From Eledone cirrhosa (taxonomy: Eukaryota), in contig OZ024740.1 in NCBI GenBank assembly GCA_964016885.1, forward strand, positions 78,368,001-78,432,000: a DNA stretch of 64,000 nt, in the 5' to 3' direction. This document shows, one piece after another, positions 15,110 to 25,505 of this stretch. The notes below the pieces were generated by a model. The model made no database searches. It worked only from the letters and a program-made list of their open reading frames with translations, and was not told the DNA's origin. Position 1 is the first letter of the stretch; each line of letters starts with the position of its first letter. The position numbers and the translations under genes were made by a program.

Positions 15110-15742
15110 AAAGTCATTAATGTTTAAGGCAGGAGGAAGAATTAAGTACAAGAACTGCAGTAACCGGTGCAGTAATGTGCCAGTTTCAGCATACGGTAAT
15201 CAGAAAAAGGGAGGTAAGTATAAGAGCTAAACTCACCATCTTCAATTTGGTATTCGTGCCAACCCTTATCTATGGTCATGAATCTTGTGTAATGACTGAC
15301 AGAATACGATCACGAATACGATCATGAAATGGGGATTCCTCCGAAGGGTCTTTAGAGTAACATTACTCGATACAGTGCGTAGCTAGGAGATCAGGTAGCC
15401 ATACAAGTTAGATATGCTACTTCTTCGAATTGAGATAGTGCACATCTCAGATATTACGGGCATGTGATTAGAATATCTCAGGAAACTATCACAGGACAGG
15501 CTTTACGGGCAAAACCAACCGGCAGGAGACCCAGGGGAGGAGCCCGAGCAAGATGATTGGATAACATCCATGAGCTTGGCTGGTCTTGCTTGGAGATCCA
15601 GCCAGATCAATTGGAGACGGTTGCTTCTGACAGGAGCCGCTGGAAGGAATGTTTGAGGACTTTGCTCCCGCGATCCTCGCAGAAATAAGTGGAAGAAGAA
15701 GAAGAAGAAGAAGAAGAAGAAGAAGAAGAAGAAGAAGAAGAA
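15110..15742 (+). mobile_element. RTE-clade (Expander/Rex3-like) LINE 3' fragment with (GAA)n tail
   Basis: Reads AKLTIFNLVFVPTLIYGHESCVMTDRIRSRI..; degenerate; (GAA)n at 15692-15742. Confidence 0.75.
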
Positions 15743-15743
15743 T

Positions 15744-15787
15744 CAAACTTTCCAGTTAACTAACATCAATGACTGAGACTCAAAGAG
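15744..15787 (+). mobile_element. 44-bp R4/Dong 3' terminus followed by (TAA)n
   Basis: Nearly identical to 36442-36485. Confidence 0.85.
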
Positions 15788-15794
15788 TAATAAC

Positions 15795-15835
<41 letters not shown>

Positions 15836-16085
15836 TTTCATTTATTGGCCACAAGGGCCGACATATAGGGGACAACACAATAGACAGGGACAGTGGGGGT
15901 TTACATAGAGATCGAGTAAGTATAAATAACAAAAAACAAAATAACAATAAAAATACAACAATGAAAGTTCCCCAATAAGAGGGATCACCACCCAGGGTTG
16001 ACTCAAGCACCCCACCAGTCCTGAGCCACCCGACGCTCCTAGGGCACCCGGGAAGGGCACCCCTCTCCTTCTCGAATTCACCAGC

Positions 16086-19000
16086 CTACAGGCGCATGAT
16101 CAGAGTAGGCCCACTCACGCGGGCCATTCTCGCCACATTCACCCACCTTTCAGTAAATGTACTGGGGGGCAGCACTTCTCTCTCCACCCTCACCTTCCTT
16201 TCCAAGTGAAACTTGAAGAAGTTGATGAGGGATTGGCCGAAGAGAAAAGTGTCTGTCTTCAGTCCTTTCAACCTGGTCCACCATGCAACCTCTTTCGCTA
16301 CTGCCACCAGGCAGAGGAAAATTGCCTGCCCTTCCTGACCAAAAGAAGGCGGCGGGTCAATCTTCACTATGGACTCGGACGATAGCCGGATCCGTTCTAC
16401 ACGCGACAATAGCTGTTCGACATAACCCCACAAGTCAGCAATGCACGGACACTGGACGAGTGCGTGCAGAACGGTTTCGTCGCTCTGCGCGCATCTCGGG
16501 CAGGTTCGTCTGACAGCACTTCCGTGCCTGTAGAGTTTATCCCGAACCGGCAGCGCCCCCCGGTAGCACTGCCAAGCGAGGGATTTCTGGAAGTTATCCA
16601 TCGTCCCCGGCTCGAAAGTCCTCCGGAACATACTGGTCAGTTCTACTTCGTTGACGCCCAGAGCCTCTCCTAGTACGTCATCGCACTTGCCCTCCACTAA
16701 TCCTCTATAGAAATCTTGAGTGGAAGTTCCACTGACCGCATTGCACGCCGGGTAGAGGGCAGTGAGAGCCTGGCAACATTCCAGATGCCAGTCGCCCAGT
16801 CTCGGTCTCTTCTTGACCCAGGACTGCAGCTCAGTCAAAGAGATGAGCTGCGGAAAGGCCCGTCTAACAAACGGCGACCACACCTGTTCACCGTTTAGGC
16901 AAAATATCTGGAGATGTCGCAGCCTCAGCGCATGTCTGCGCATCATTAGCCACGGCATGCCCAGCCCTCCACGAAGAGGGTGCTGGCAGCAGATGGACCG
17001 CCTCACCAACGGGACCCGTCCCCTCCACAAAAATTTGAAAAGGAGCCGTTCCAAATTGGCGAGGCGTGGACGGGGGCAAGGCACGACGGTCAGGCGGTAG
17101 TAGATGACGGACGCGATGTACGCGTTCGCCACCTCCGCCCGCCCTTTCAGTGATAGCTTTCTCTCAGCCCATTTCTGGGTGAGGTTGGCTATCCTGCTCG
17201 TCACCTCGTCCCAATTCTTATCCACCTGGAGGTCTGGTCCGAACCAAACCCCGAGCAACTTTACCGGTCCGTCTGTCCAGCGCCCAACGACGCTGTTGGA
17301 CGGCATGGACTTGCCTCTCCAGGTGCCGAGCTGCAAGCCCACCGACTTTTCCGGGTTAAGTTTTGCTCCCGTCAACCTTTCATATTCCTCCAAATGGGTG
17401 CGGATCACCTCGATTTCCGAGGTGTCCGACACCATCACGGTGATGTCGTCCGCATAAGCGGACGCAGCCTTTCTACGTCCCGGTTCGAGCGGGATGCCCT
17501 GCAACAACTCCAGCTTCCGCAGTAGAGGCTCAAGAGTCAATACGTACAGAAGTGAGGAGAGAGGGCACCCTTGACGGACCGATCGAGAGATCTGAAACGG
17601 TTCCGAGAGGTGGCCATTAACTTTGACCACCGAGCAGATGACGCTGTACATTGCAGCGATCCAGCTTCTGAAGACGGGGCCGAAGCCAGCCGCCTCGAGG
17701 ACAGCCTCCAAGTACCGATGGTCGACCCTATCGAATGCTTTCGATTGATCTAAATTGATCAGAGCCCCACCGAAGCCAGGTTTGCACCCAACCCTCTCTA
17801 TGATGTATCGCATGAGGTGGAGGTTGTCGTGTATGGACCTGGTCGGGATTGCGCAAGTTTGCGCCTCCCCAACCAAATCTTTGACGACAAGCGCCAACCT
17901 TTTCGCTAACACCTTGGCCAAAATCTTAAACTCTGTGTTGAGCAGGGTTATGGGCCTGAAATTATCTAGTGTGTCCCTCTTGTTCTCGTCTTTCCTTATC
18001 AGCGTCACTACGCCACGGCTCACAGAACTGGGAATGCTCCCGTTCTGCTGCCAGTTGCAGTAGAGCGCTTCGAGGAGATCGGAGAACAAGTCTGGCATAT
18101 TTACGTAAAGCTCGTAGGGCAGACCATCCAAACCGGGTGACTTGCGACTCGAGCAGCCGACAAGGGCGTCCTGAATTTCGACTGATGTTATCGGCTCTTC
18201 GCAGCGCTCAGCGTCGGCCGTCGAGAGGCGTAGCAAGCCGTCGAGGTAGGGACTGAAGTCCGCCGCCGTCTCCGACTCACCCATCCTCCCGAACAATCGA
18301 GCAAAGTGCTGGCGAAAGGCCTCACACATCTGCTTGGAATCGCTCAGTTCGTGTCCATCTCGATCCGTCAAAGACCGAATTGTGGTTTTATTTCCACGCT
18401 GCGTCTCTGCAAAGCGAGCCCATCGGGCAGCTTTGGTTCCCTCGTTCCTCAGAGCACGCGCCTTAGCTCTGACAATGCAACCTTCGTGTTTCGCATTGAA
18501 GAAATGGTCTAGTGCCATTCTCGCCGCTAGCACGTCTGTTGCAATGCCACTACAAATAGCCTCGTCTAACTTAGCTATCAGCCCCCCCTCCTTTCTATTT
18601 TTCTCTATTGCTACTTCTTTGCTAAATCCTATCGAGGTTGCTCTAATCTCTCTTTTGAGTGCCCCCCACCACCTGTTGTTGACAACCCCCCCTGTCAACT
18701 TTTGCTTAACTAAGTTGTTGACCCGGTCCCTGTAAGCTTTACGTGCCAGAAACGACATGTTTAGCTTCCAGTAGCTAGGTCCTAACCTACGTGTCTTATC
18801 TAGGTCGACCATACAGATCACAAGCTTGTGATCTGAATAGGCAACCGTTTTAAAATGTGGACATCCTACACTATTTCTATCTCTTTTCCTAATGAAAATC
18901 CTATCTATGTACGATCTAGATGACCCTATGCGATTGGTCCAGGTCCATACTGGCGCATTAGGGAAATCTAGTCGGTACCTGTCAGACAGTTGAAACTGGC

Positions 19001-19505
19001 TGATCAGGTACTTGAGGCTTTTGCACCCACCGCTCCTATCAGATACTCCCACACAATCCCAGCGTGCTTCTAAGATGCCATTCCAATCCCCTATTAACAG
19101 TAAAGGGCGAGACGTAAGCAGAAAGTTTTCCAGGCGCCTAAAGAAGTCCGGCCGACCGGCCCCAGTAGGGGCGTAGACGGCCACCAGTCTAAAGGCACCA
19201 CCTTCGCTATTGCTCACGTCCAGGACCACCAACTTTCCGTCAGGATCCCGGAAGATTGACCTTACCTCGAGATCCAGACATTTCCTAAACAGCACAGCCA
19301 CTCCACCTCCCATTCCCGGCCGACTAACAGATGCAAAGATCTGATAATCGTCGAAAATCGGCGCCAGTGCGCGTGTGTCGGAAATTCTGGTCTCGCTGAT
19401 GGCAATTACATCCATTCCTAGTGACCTGAGGTCGTTGAGCAAGTGACCTTGCTTCCAGGGCGACCCCAGGCCACGAACATTTAAACTTCCTACTCTTATG
19501 GCCAT
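16086..19505 (-). CDS. ORF2: APE endonuclease - reverse transcriptase - CCHC finger (1139 aa)
   Basis: SLNVRG, SET, GDWN, SYIDR, SDH; SPGLDG, FRPITLLN, KAFDRV, QGCPLS, YADD; CPRC..ETVLHALVQC. Confidence 0.95.
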   Translation of the reverse strand: MAIRVGSLNVRGLGSPWKQGHLLNDLRSLGMDVIAISETRISDTRALAPIFDDYQIFASVSRPGMGGGVAVLFRKCLDLEVRSIFRDPDGKLVVLDVSNSEGGAFRLVAVYAPTGAGRPDFFRRLENFLLTSRPLLLIGDWNGILEARWDCVGVSDRSGGCKSLKYLISQFQLSDRYRLDFPNAPVWTWTNRIGSSRSYIDRIFIRKRDRNSVGCPHFKTVAYSDHKLVICMVDLDKTRRLGPSYWKLNMSFLARKAYRDRVNNLVKQKLTGGVVNNRWWGALKREIRATSIGFSKEVAIEKNRKEGGLIAKLDEAICSGIATDVLAARMALDHFFNAKHEGCIVRAKARALRNEGTKAARWARFAETQRGNKTTIRSLTDRDGHELSDSKQMCEAFRQHFARLFGRMGESETAADFSPYLDGLLRLSTADAERCEEPITSVEIQDALVGCSSRKSPGLDGLPYELYVNMPDLFSDLLEALYCNWQQNGSIPSSVSRGVVTLIRKDENKRDTLDNFRPITLLNTEFKILAKVLAKRLALVVKDLVGEAQTCAIPTRSIHDNLHLMRYIIERVGCKPGFGGALINLDQSKAFDRVDHRYLEAVLEAAGFGPVFRSWIAAMYSVICSVVKVNGHLSEPFQISRSVRQGCPLSSLLYVLTLEPLLRKLELLQGIPLEPGRRKAASAYADDITVMVSDTSEIEVIRTHLEEYERLTGAKLNPEKSVGLQLGTWRGKSMPSNSVVGRWTDGPVKLLGVWFGPDLQVDKNWDEVTSRIANLTQKWAERKLSLKGRAEVANAYIASVIYYRLTVVPCPRPRLANLERLLFKFLWRGRVPLVRRSICCQHPLRGGLGMPWLMMRRHALRLRHLQIFCLNGEQVWSPFVRRAFPQLISLTELQSWVKKRPRLGDWHLECCQALTALYPACNAVSGTSTQDFYRGLVEGKCDDVLGEALGVNEVELTSMFRRTFEPGTMDNFQKSLAWQCYRGALPVRDKLYRHGSAVRRTCPRCAQSDETVLHALVQCPCIADLWGYVEQLLSRVERIRLSSESIVKIDPPPSFGQEGQAIFLCLVAVAKEVAWWTRLKGLKTDTFLFGQSLINFFKFHLERKVRVEREVLPPSTFTERWVNVARMARVSGPTLIMRL

Positions 19506-19534
19506 GCTGGCAGGATGAATGGGAGAGGAAAGGT

Positions 19535-21445
19535 TTACTTACCTTCCGGGGTCTTGTGAAAGTCGGGTGGTTCGACCTCCATGGTTTGTGGGGTTTCTTT
19601 TGGGAACCCCTTTAATAGTCTTGACGTGGGTTTTACGTTCGGGGTTCCCACATCCCGAGGAAAGCTCTTTCGAATTTCTTTGTATGAAGCGAGCGACATT
19701 CGCATCAGAAGCAAATTATCTGGTACGCGAAATGTGCTCGCTTCAAATGTTTCCCCGTCTTTTTCGATGTTTGTGCTTCGTGCTACATGGGCCATCAATT
19801 CCTTGTTGGCCCTTCTGGCAAGCACGAAGTTTTTAATGTTTTGTTGCTCGGGTTTTATTTGTTCGTGTGATTGTGGTGGTGATAGCTTTGTTAGTGTTGT
19901 TTCTATTGTGTCTGCGTTTGTTGTGGGTGGGGTGTCTGTAGTTTCTGATGTTTGTGTGTCTATTTGTTCTTGTGTCTGTTTAGCTTGTTTGCGTTTGGGG
20001 GATTTTGGTGGTTGTGTTGGTGATGCTGTGGGGAAAATGTTTGTGTGGGTGGTGTGTGTATTTTTTTTTGTGGGGGTGTTTGTGCTTTGTGGATTTCTTT
20101 TTTTTTTGTGTTTTGTTTTTTGTATTTTGGGGGACTTTGGTTTTCCCTCATCTTCACTGCTGGAGGATGAGGGGTCTGTGGCTGTGAGCGTGTTTGTGTC
20201 TGAGTGAGTGTTTATGTTCTTGTTCGTGTGTGTATTTTGGGGGGGAGGGGGAATGGGAGAGCTTTCCTCGTTTCCCCCCTGGGTGTGCAATTTTGGTGGT
20301 TCCATTGTTGACGGTGTTGCTGGTGGTCCTTGTCCCGGCGTCGCCAGCAGTGGAATCTTTCGACCCCTTGCGCTTTTCGGCAGTTGAGGGCAGAAGGCTC
20401 GCAAGTGTGTCGTTTCCCCACAAAGGAAACAATGCGGCCTTTTGCCCTCAGTCATTATATGCAACACCCTCCCGTTTTGGAGGCGGATGTGGTCCGGGAT
20501 TGCTTTTACGTTTTCGGGTCTGATTTGGAGCAGTATCTCCAGATCAACCCCGGACCAGTCGTCCCTGGCAGTTCTCGTTGCCTCTACCGGGACTGTATCC
20601 GTTCCTTCCACGATTACGCAACCCAGGAGCCACCACATATCAAGTCCTGGTGGAATCCTGAGAATGCGCACACGTGCTATTCGTTTTCCCATGTGGGAGG
20701 GGTACATTATAACCTTGCTGGTTTTGCAAGGGGTCATTGAATGCTTCACAGCGAGGGCTTCAGACTTGAACAGCACCGAAACGGTGCCGTATTGCCTGCC
20801 CCTCTCTATGAAGTCTGTGTCCTCTCTGATGTATTTCAGTGCGGCTTCTATATCAGCTTGGGCGATTATCGCTGCCCTCTTTGTCTCTACTGAGATGCAT
20901 CTGAAATGCACCGTTCTTTTTTCCACTGCCTCAATGGCTTCTGCCGGGACAGTTAAGTTTGCCCAGGTCTGCTCTTGATTTATGATTTTCCAGGCCTGGG
21001 CCAACTTTTCCTCTCTGTTGGTTAAGTCGATGCTGTAGCATGGTCTCCTTTTAGCCGCTGCCACAGCAGCGAAGGTGTTCTTGTTGGTGTTGTCACTGTT
21101 GTTGTTCTTGTTGGTGTTGCTGCTGCTATTGCTGTTGTTGTTCTCCCCTGTGTCGTGGTTACCCTCTGTGCTGTTGGCCTTGTTGGTGCTGTTGCTGTCG
21201 CTACTATTACTCTCTGTGCTGTTCGTTTTGTTGGTGCTCTCGCTATTACCACCTTCTGCGCTGTTCGGCTTGTTGGTGTTGGTGTTGTCGCTGTTACCAC
21301 CTTCCGCGCCGCTCGGCCCGTTGGTGCTGGCACTGTCGCTGCTCACATTCGTGCTGGTGGCGCTCCTCGCCTCACCTCTCCTCTCAACGCTCAAGTCGCC
21401 GTTGCACGACAGCAGACCCGCCTCTAGGAGGCGTGGCTCCGCCAT
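19535..21445 (-). CDS. ORF1 (gag-like) with zinc knuckle (636 aa)
   Basis: CFLCGETTHLRAFC (CX2CX4HX4C); low-complexity N/S/T N-terminus; homologous to ORF1 of B and C. Confidence 0.9.
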   Translation of the reverse strand: MAEPRLLEAGLLSCNGDLSVERRGEARSATSTNVSSDSASTNGPSGAEGGNSDNTNTNKPNSAEGGNSESTNKTNSTESNSSDSNSTNKANSTEGNHDTGENNNSNSSSNTNKNNNSDNTNKNTFAAVAAAKRRPCYSIDLTNREEKLAQAWKIINQEQTWANLTVPAEAIEAVEKRTVHFRCISVETKRAAIIAQADIEAALKYIREDTDFIERGRQYGTVSVLFKSEALAVKHSMTPCKTSKVIMYPSHMGKRIARVRILRIPPGLDMWWLLGCVIVEGTDTVPVEATRTARDDWSGVDLEILLQIRPENVKAIPDHIRLQNGRVLHIMTEGKRPHCFLCGETTHLRAFCPQLPKSARGRKIPLLATPGQGPPATPSTMEPPKLHTQGGNEESSPIPPPPQNTHTNKNINTHSDTNTLTATDPSSSSSEDEGKPKSPKIQKTKHKKKRNPQSTNTPTKKNTHTTHTNIFPTASPTQPPKSPKRKQAKQTQEQIDTQTSETTDTPPTTNADTIETTLTKLSPPQSHEQIKPEQQNIKNFVLARRANKELMAHVARSTNIEKDGETFEASTFRVPDNLLLMRMSLASYKEIRKSFPRDVGTPNVKPTSRLLKGFPKETPQTMEVEPPDFHKTPEGK

Positions 21446-22060
21446 GTTTTTTTGAGAAAAAAATTATTTTTTTTTTTTCAAAATAAAGTTCAAATATTTG
21501 GGCCAAAAGGCCCAAATATTATGAGTTATTCCTTCACAGGATACACATTAATGTCTTATAATGCTTCAGCGGTACAAAAAATAAACAATTCCCTACAATT
21601 AATCCTCAAAAAATTGCTTACTCACGGAGCTTCAAAAAACGTACATTCACTTTCGTCAATAATAATAATAATAATAATAATGATTTCTTTATTAACCACA
21701 AGGGTTTACATAAAGTAGACATTAAGGACAGTGCAGGACAATGCAGGACGGTACAAATGGGCATTTCTGCGTGTAAAAAACAAAAACAGAGGATGTAACA
21801 AAAATAACAATGATTTCTTTATTAACCACAAGGGTTTACATAAAGTAGACATTAAGGACAGTGCAGGACAATGCAAGACGGTACAAATGGGCATTTCTGC
21901 GTGTAAAAAACAAAAACAGAGGATGTAACAAAAAATAACAATGAAAAATTCCCCAATAGGGGGAGACTTCGGAGGGACATTTGTGGAGAAAGCCCAGTAA
22001 AAAGCCACAATGACCCTGACCACCAAGGCAAGTGCCCTCTCCCAGTTTTCCACCTTTAAT

Positions 22061-25000
22061 TTACAGATATATGCTCAGAGTAGGCCCATTCACTCGGGCC
22101 ATTCTTGCTTCTCTCACCCATCTTTTAACAAAATGCTGGGAAGAGAGCACTTCCCTCTCTACTCTGATTTTCCTTTTCAAATGAAATTTGAAAAAGTCAA
22201 TCAGAGCATCACCGAAGAGGTAAGTGCTCGTCTTCAGCCCTTTCAAACGTGTCCACCATACTATCTCTTTCGCCATGGCCACCAGGCAGATAAAAACTGC
22301 CTGCCCTTCCCGGCTAAAGGAGGAGGGCGGGGCAATCCTCACGATGGACTCAGATGATAGCCGGATCCGTCCTAAACGCGACAGCAGGTGTTCGACATAA
22401 ACCCACAAGTCAGCAATTTTCGGACACTGGACGAGTGCGTGCAGGACGGTTTCGTCGCCCTGCGCGCATCTCGGACATGCCCGGCTGACGGCACCTCCAT
22501 GCCTGTAGAGTTTATCCCGAACTGGCAAGGCTCCTCGGTAGCACTGCCAGGCCAGAGATTTCTGGAAGTTGTCCATAGGCCCTGGCCCGAAAGTTCTTCC
22601 GAAGAGATTGGCTAGTTGATTTTCGTCGACGCCTAGAGTTTCCCCAAGTACGTCGTCGCTCTTCCCCTCCACTAATCCTCTATAGAACGCCGAGGTGGAG
22701 TTTCCACCGATCACATTGCCCGATTGGTCGAGGGCTCTGAGCGCCTGAAGACATTCCAGTCTCCAGGTGCTCCCTCTCGGTCTTCGCTTGACCCAGGACT
22801 GCAGCTCCGTCAAGGAAACGAGCTGGGGAAACACGCGTCTAGCAAACGGCGACCACACCTGATCACCGTCGAGGAAGAGGTGGAGATGTCGTAGCCTGAG
22901 CGCGTGCCTGCGCATCATCAGCCACGGCATGCCCAGCCCTCCACGTAGCGGGTGTTGACAACAGATGGACCGCCTGACCATCGGAGCGCGTCCCTTCCAC
23001 AAAAAGCGAAAGAGCAAACGCTCCAGCGCAGTCAGGCGAGGCTTAGGACAAGGTACGACGGTCAGGCGGTAGCAGATGACGGACGCGATGTACGCGTTAG
23101 CCACCTCCGCTCGACCTTTCAGGGATAGCTTCCTCTCGGCCCATTTCTGGGTGAGAGAAGCCACCCTGCTCGTCACCTCGTCCCAGTTTTTGTCCGTCTG
23201 GAGGTCCGGACCGAACCAGACCCCTAGCAATTTAACCGGTCCGTCCGTCCAGCGTCCGACGACGCTGTTGGACGGCATGGACCTGCCTCTCCAGGTGCCG
23301 AGCTGCAGGCCCACTGACTTTTCCTGGTTGATCATTGCTCCTGTCACCGCTTCGTATTCTCTTAGTGTAGTGCCGATCGCCTCGATGTGTTTGGCGTTCG
23401 ACACCACTACGGTGACATCGTCCGCATATGCTGATACGGATCTTCCGCATCCTAGTTCGCGCGGGACCCCCCTCAACGTCTCCAGTTTGTGCAGTAATGG
23501 CTCGAGAGTCAATACGTACAAGAGGGACGAGAGGGGACATCCTTGGCGGACCGAGCGCATGATGTTGAACGGTTCCGACAGGTGACCGTTCACTCTCACC
23601 ACAGAGCAGATGTCGCTGTGCATGGCAGCGATCCAGCCTCTGAAGACGGGCCCAAAGCCAGCCGCCCTCAGGACTGCCGCTAGGTAACGATGGTCGACCC
23701 TATCGAAAGCTTTCGACTGATCTAAATTGATCAAGGACCCACCCGTGCCAGGTTCCCTAGCTACCCTCTCTACGATGTATCGCATGAGGTGGAGGTTGTC
23801 GTGGATGGATCTGTCGGGAATGGCGCATGTCTGCGCCTCTCCCACCAGACCACCAACGACAAGCGCCAACCTCTTTGCTAGCACCTTGGCCAAAATCTTA
23901 AACTCTGTGTTTAGCAGAGTTATGGGCCGGAAATTTTCTATGTTATCCCCCTTGTTCGGATCCTTTCTCAGCAGTGCCACCGCTCCTCGGCTCACAGAAC
24001 TGGGAATTCTCCCGTTCTGTTGCCAGTTGCAGTAGACGTCCGCCAAGAGGCCTCCGAACAAGTCTGGCATCTGTACGTAAAGTTCATAGGGCAGACCATC
24101 CAAACCAGGCGATTTACCCCTTGTGCAGCCAGTCATTGCCTCTCTTACTTCAGCGGCTGTTATCGGCTTTTCGCAACACTTCGCCTCAGTGGCCGAGAGC
24201 CGCGGCAGTCCGTCGAGGTAGACACTAAAGTCCATCCCTCTACCCGGCCCCCCGCTGTCCCCGAACAGCTGAGCGAAGTGTCGCTGAAAAGCTTCACACA
24301 TTTGCCCGGGATCGAGTAGCATGCGCCCGTCGTGGTCCACCAAAGACCGGATCGTGGCTTTGTTGCCACGACGCGCCTCCGCCACTCGGGCCCATTGAAC
24401 GGCTTTCGTCCCCTCGTGTCTGAGAGCACGCACCCTAGCTCTGACAACGCAGCCTTCGTGCTTTGCATTGAAGAATTGGTCAAGGGCCAATTTCGCCGCA
24501 AGCACGTCGGTCGCATAAGCGCCTCGTCTAATTTTCTAACTAATTCTCCCTCTGCTCTATTTTTCTCTATTGCTAAAGCCTTACTAAACCTAATCGATTC
24601 TATTCTAATCGCTCTTTTCAGAGCAAACCACCACTTGTTGTTGACGATGGCCCCCGTCAACGCCCGCTTAACTAGTTCGCTAATCCGGTCTCTGTAGGCC
24701 TTGCGCGCTGGTAAGGACGCGTTTAGCTTCCAGTAGCCGGGTCCTCGTCTATGAAGCCTATCTAAGTCAAGCACACAAGTCACGAATTTGTGGTCCGTGT
24801 AGCTGACTATCTTGAATTGTGGACAGCCTATGCTAGACCTATCTATTTCCCTACAAAATACTCTATCTAGATATGATCTGGATGACCCTATGCGGTTTGT
24901 CCAAGTCCACATTGGCACATTCGGGAAATCCAATCGGTACCTGTCAGACAGTTCAAAACGTCTGAGCAGGTTGTTGAGGCTCTTGCACCCTCCACCCCTA

Positions 25001-25470
25001 TCCGCTAATCCCACACAGTCCCAGCGTGCATCTAAGATCCCGTTCCAGTCGCCCACTAACACTAAAGAGCGGGACGTTCCAAGAAAGGTCTCCAGACGCC
25101 GGAAGAAATCAGGCCGCCCTGCTCCTGTCGGGGCATAGACGGCCACTAGCCTGAAAGCTTTCCCGTCTCCGCTGGTCATGTCCAGCACCACCAGCTTACC
25201 CTCTGGGTCCAGGAAGATGGCCCGTATGGCGAGATCCAAACCTCTCCGAAAAAGCACAGCAACTCCTCCACCCGATCCAGGACGGCTGGGAGATGCGTAC
25301 ACATCGTAGCCGCCGAAGATCGGTGCGAAGGACCGTGCTTCGGAGATTCTGGTCTCGCTGATGGCCACTACATCTATGTTTAGTGACCTGAGGTCGTTGA
25401 GCAGGTGACCCTGCTTCCATGACGACCCCAAGCCACGCGCATTTATGCTGCCTATTCTGAGTGAGGTCAT
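22061..25470 (-). pseudogene. Copy B ORF2, one frameshift
   Basis: ORFs 24160-25470 and 22061-24505 join across a ~10-nt deletion at ~24516 relative to copy C. Confidence 0.9.
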
Positions 25471-25505
25471 GTTTAAAATAGAGTGGAAAAGATGGGAAAG
25501 ACCAC

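Larger units (their letters stand above)
15834..21657 (-). mobile_element. Tx1-clade LINE copy A, full-length and apparently intact
   Basis: 5'UTR, ORF1, ORF2, 3'UTR ending AATAAATGAAATC|(ATT)n; both ends embedded in (ATT)n. Confidence 0.95.
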
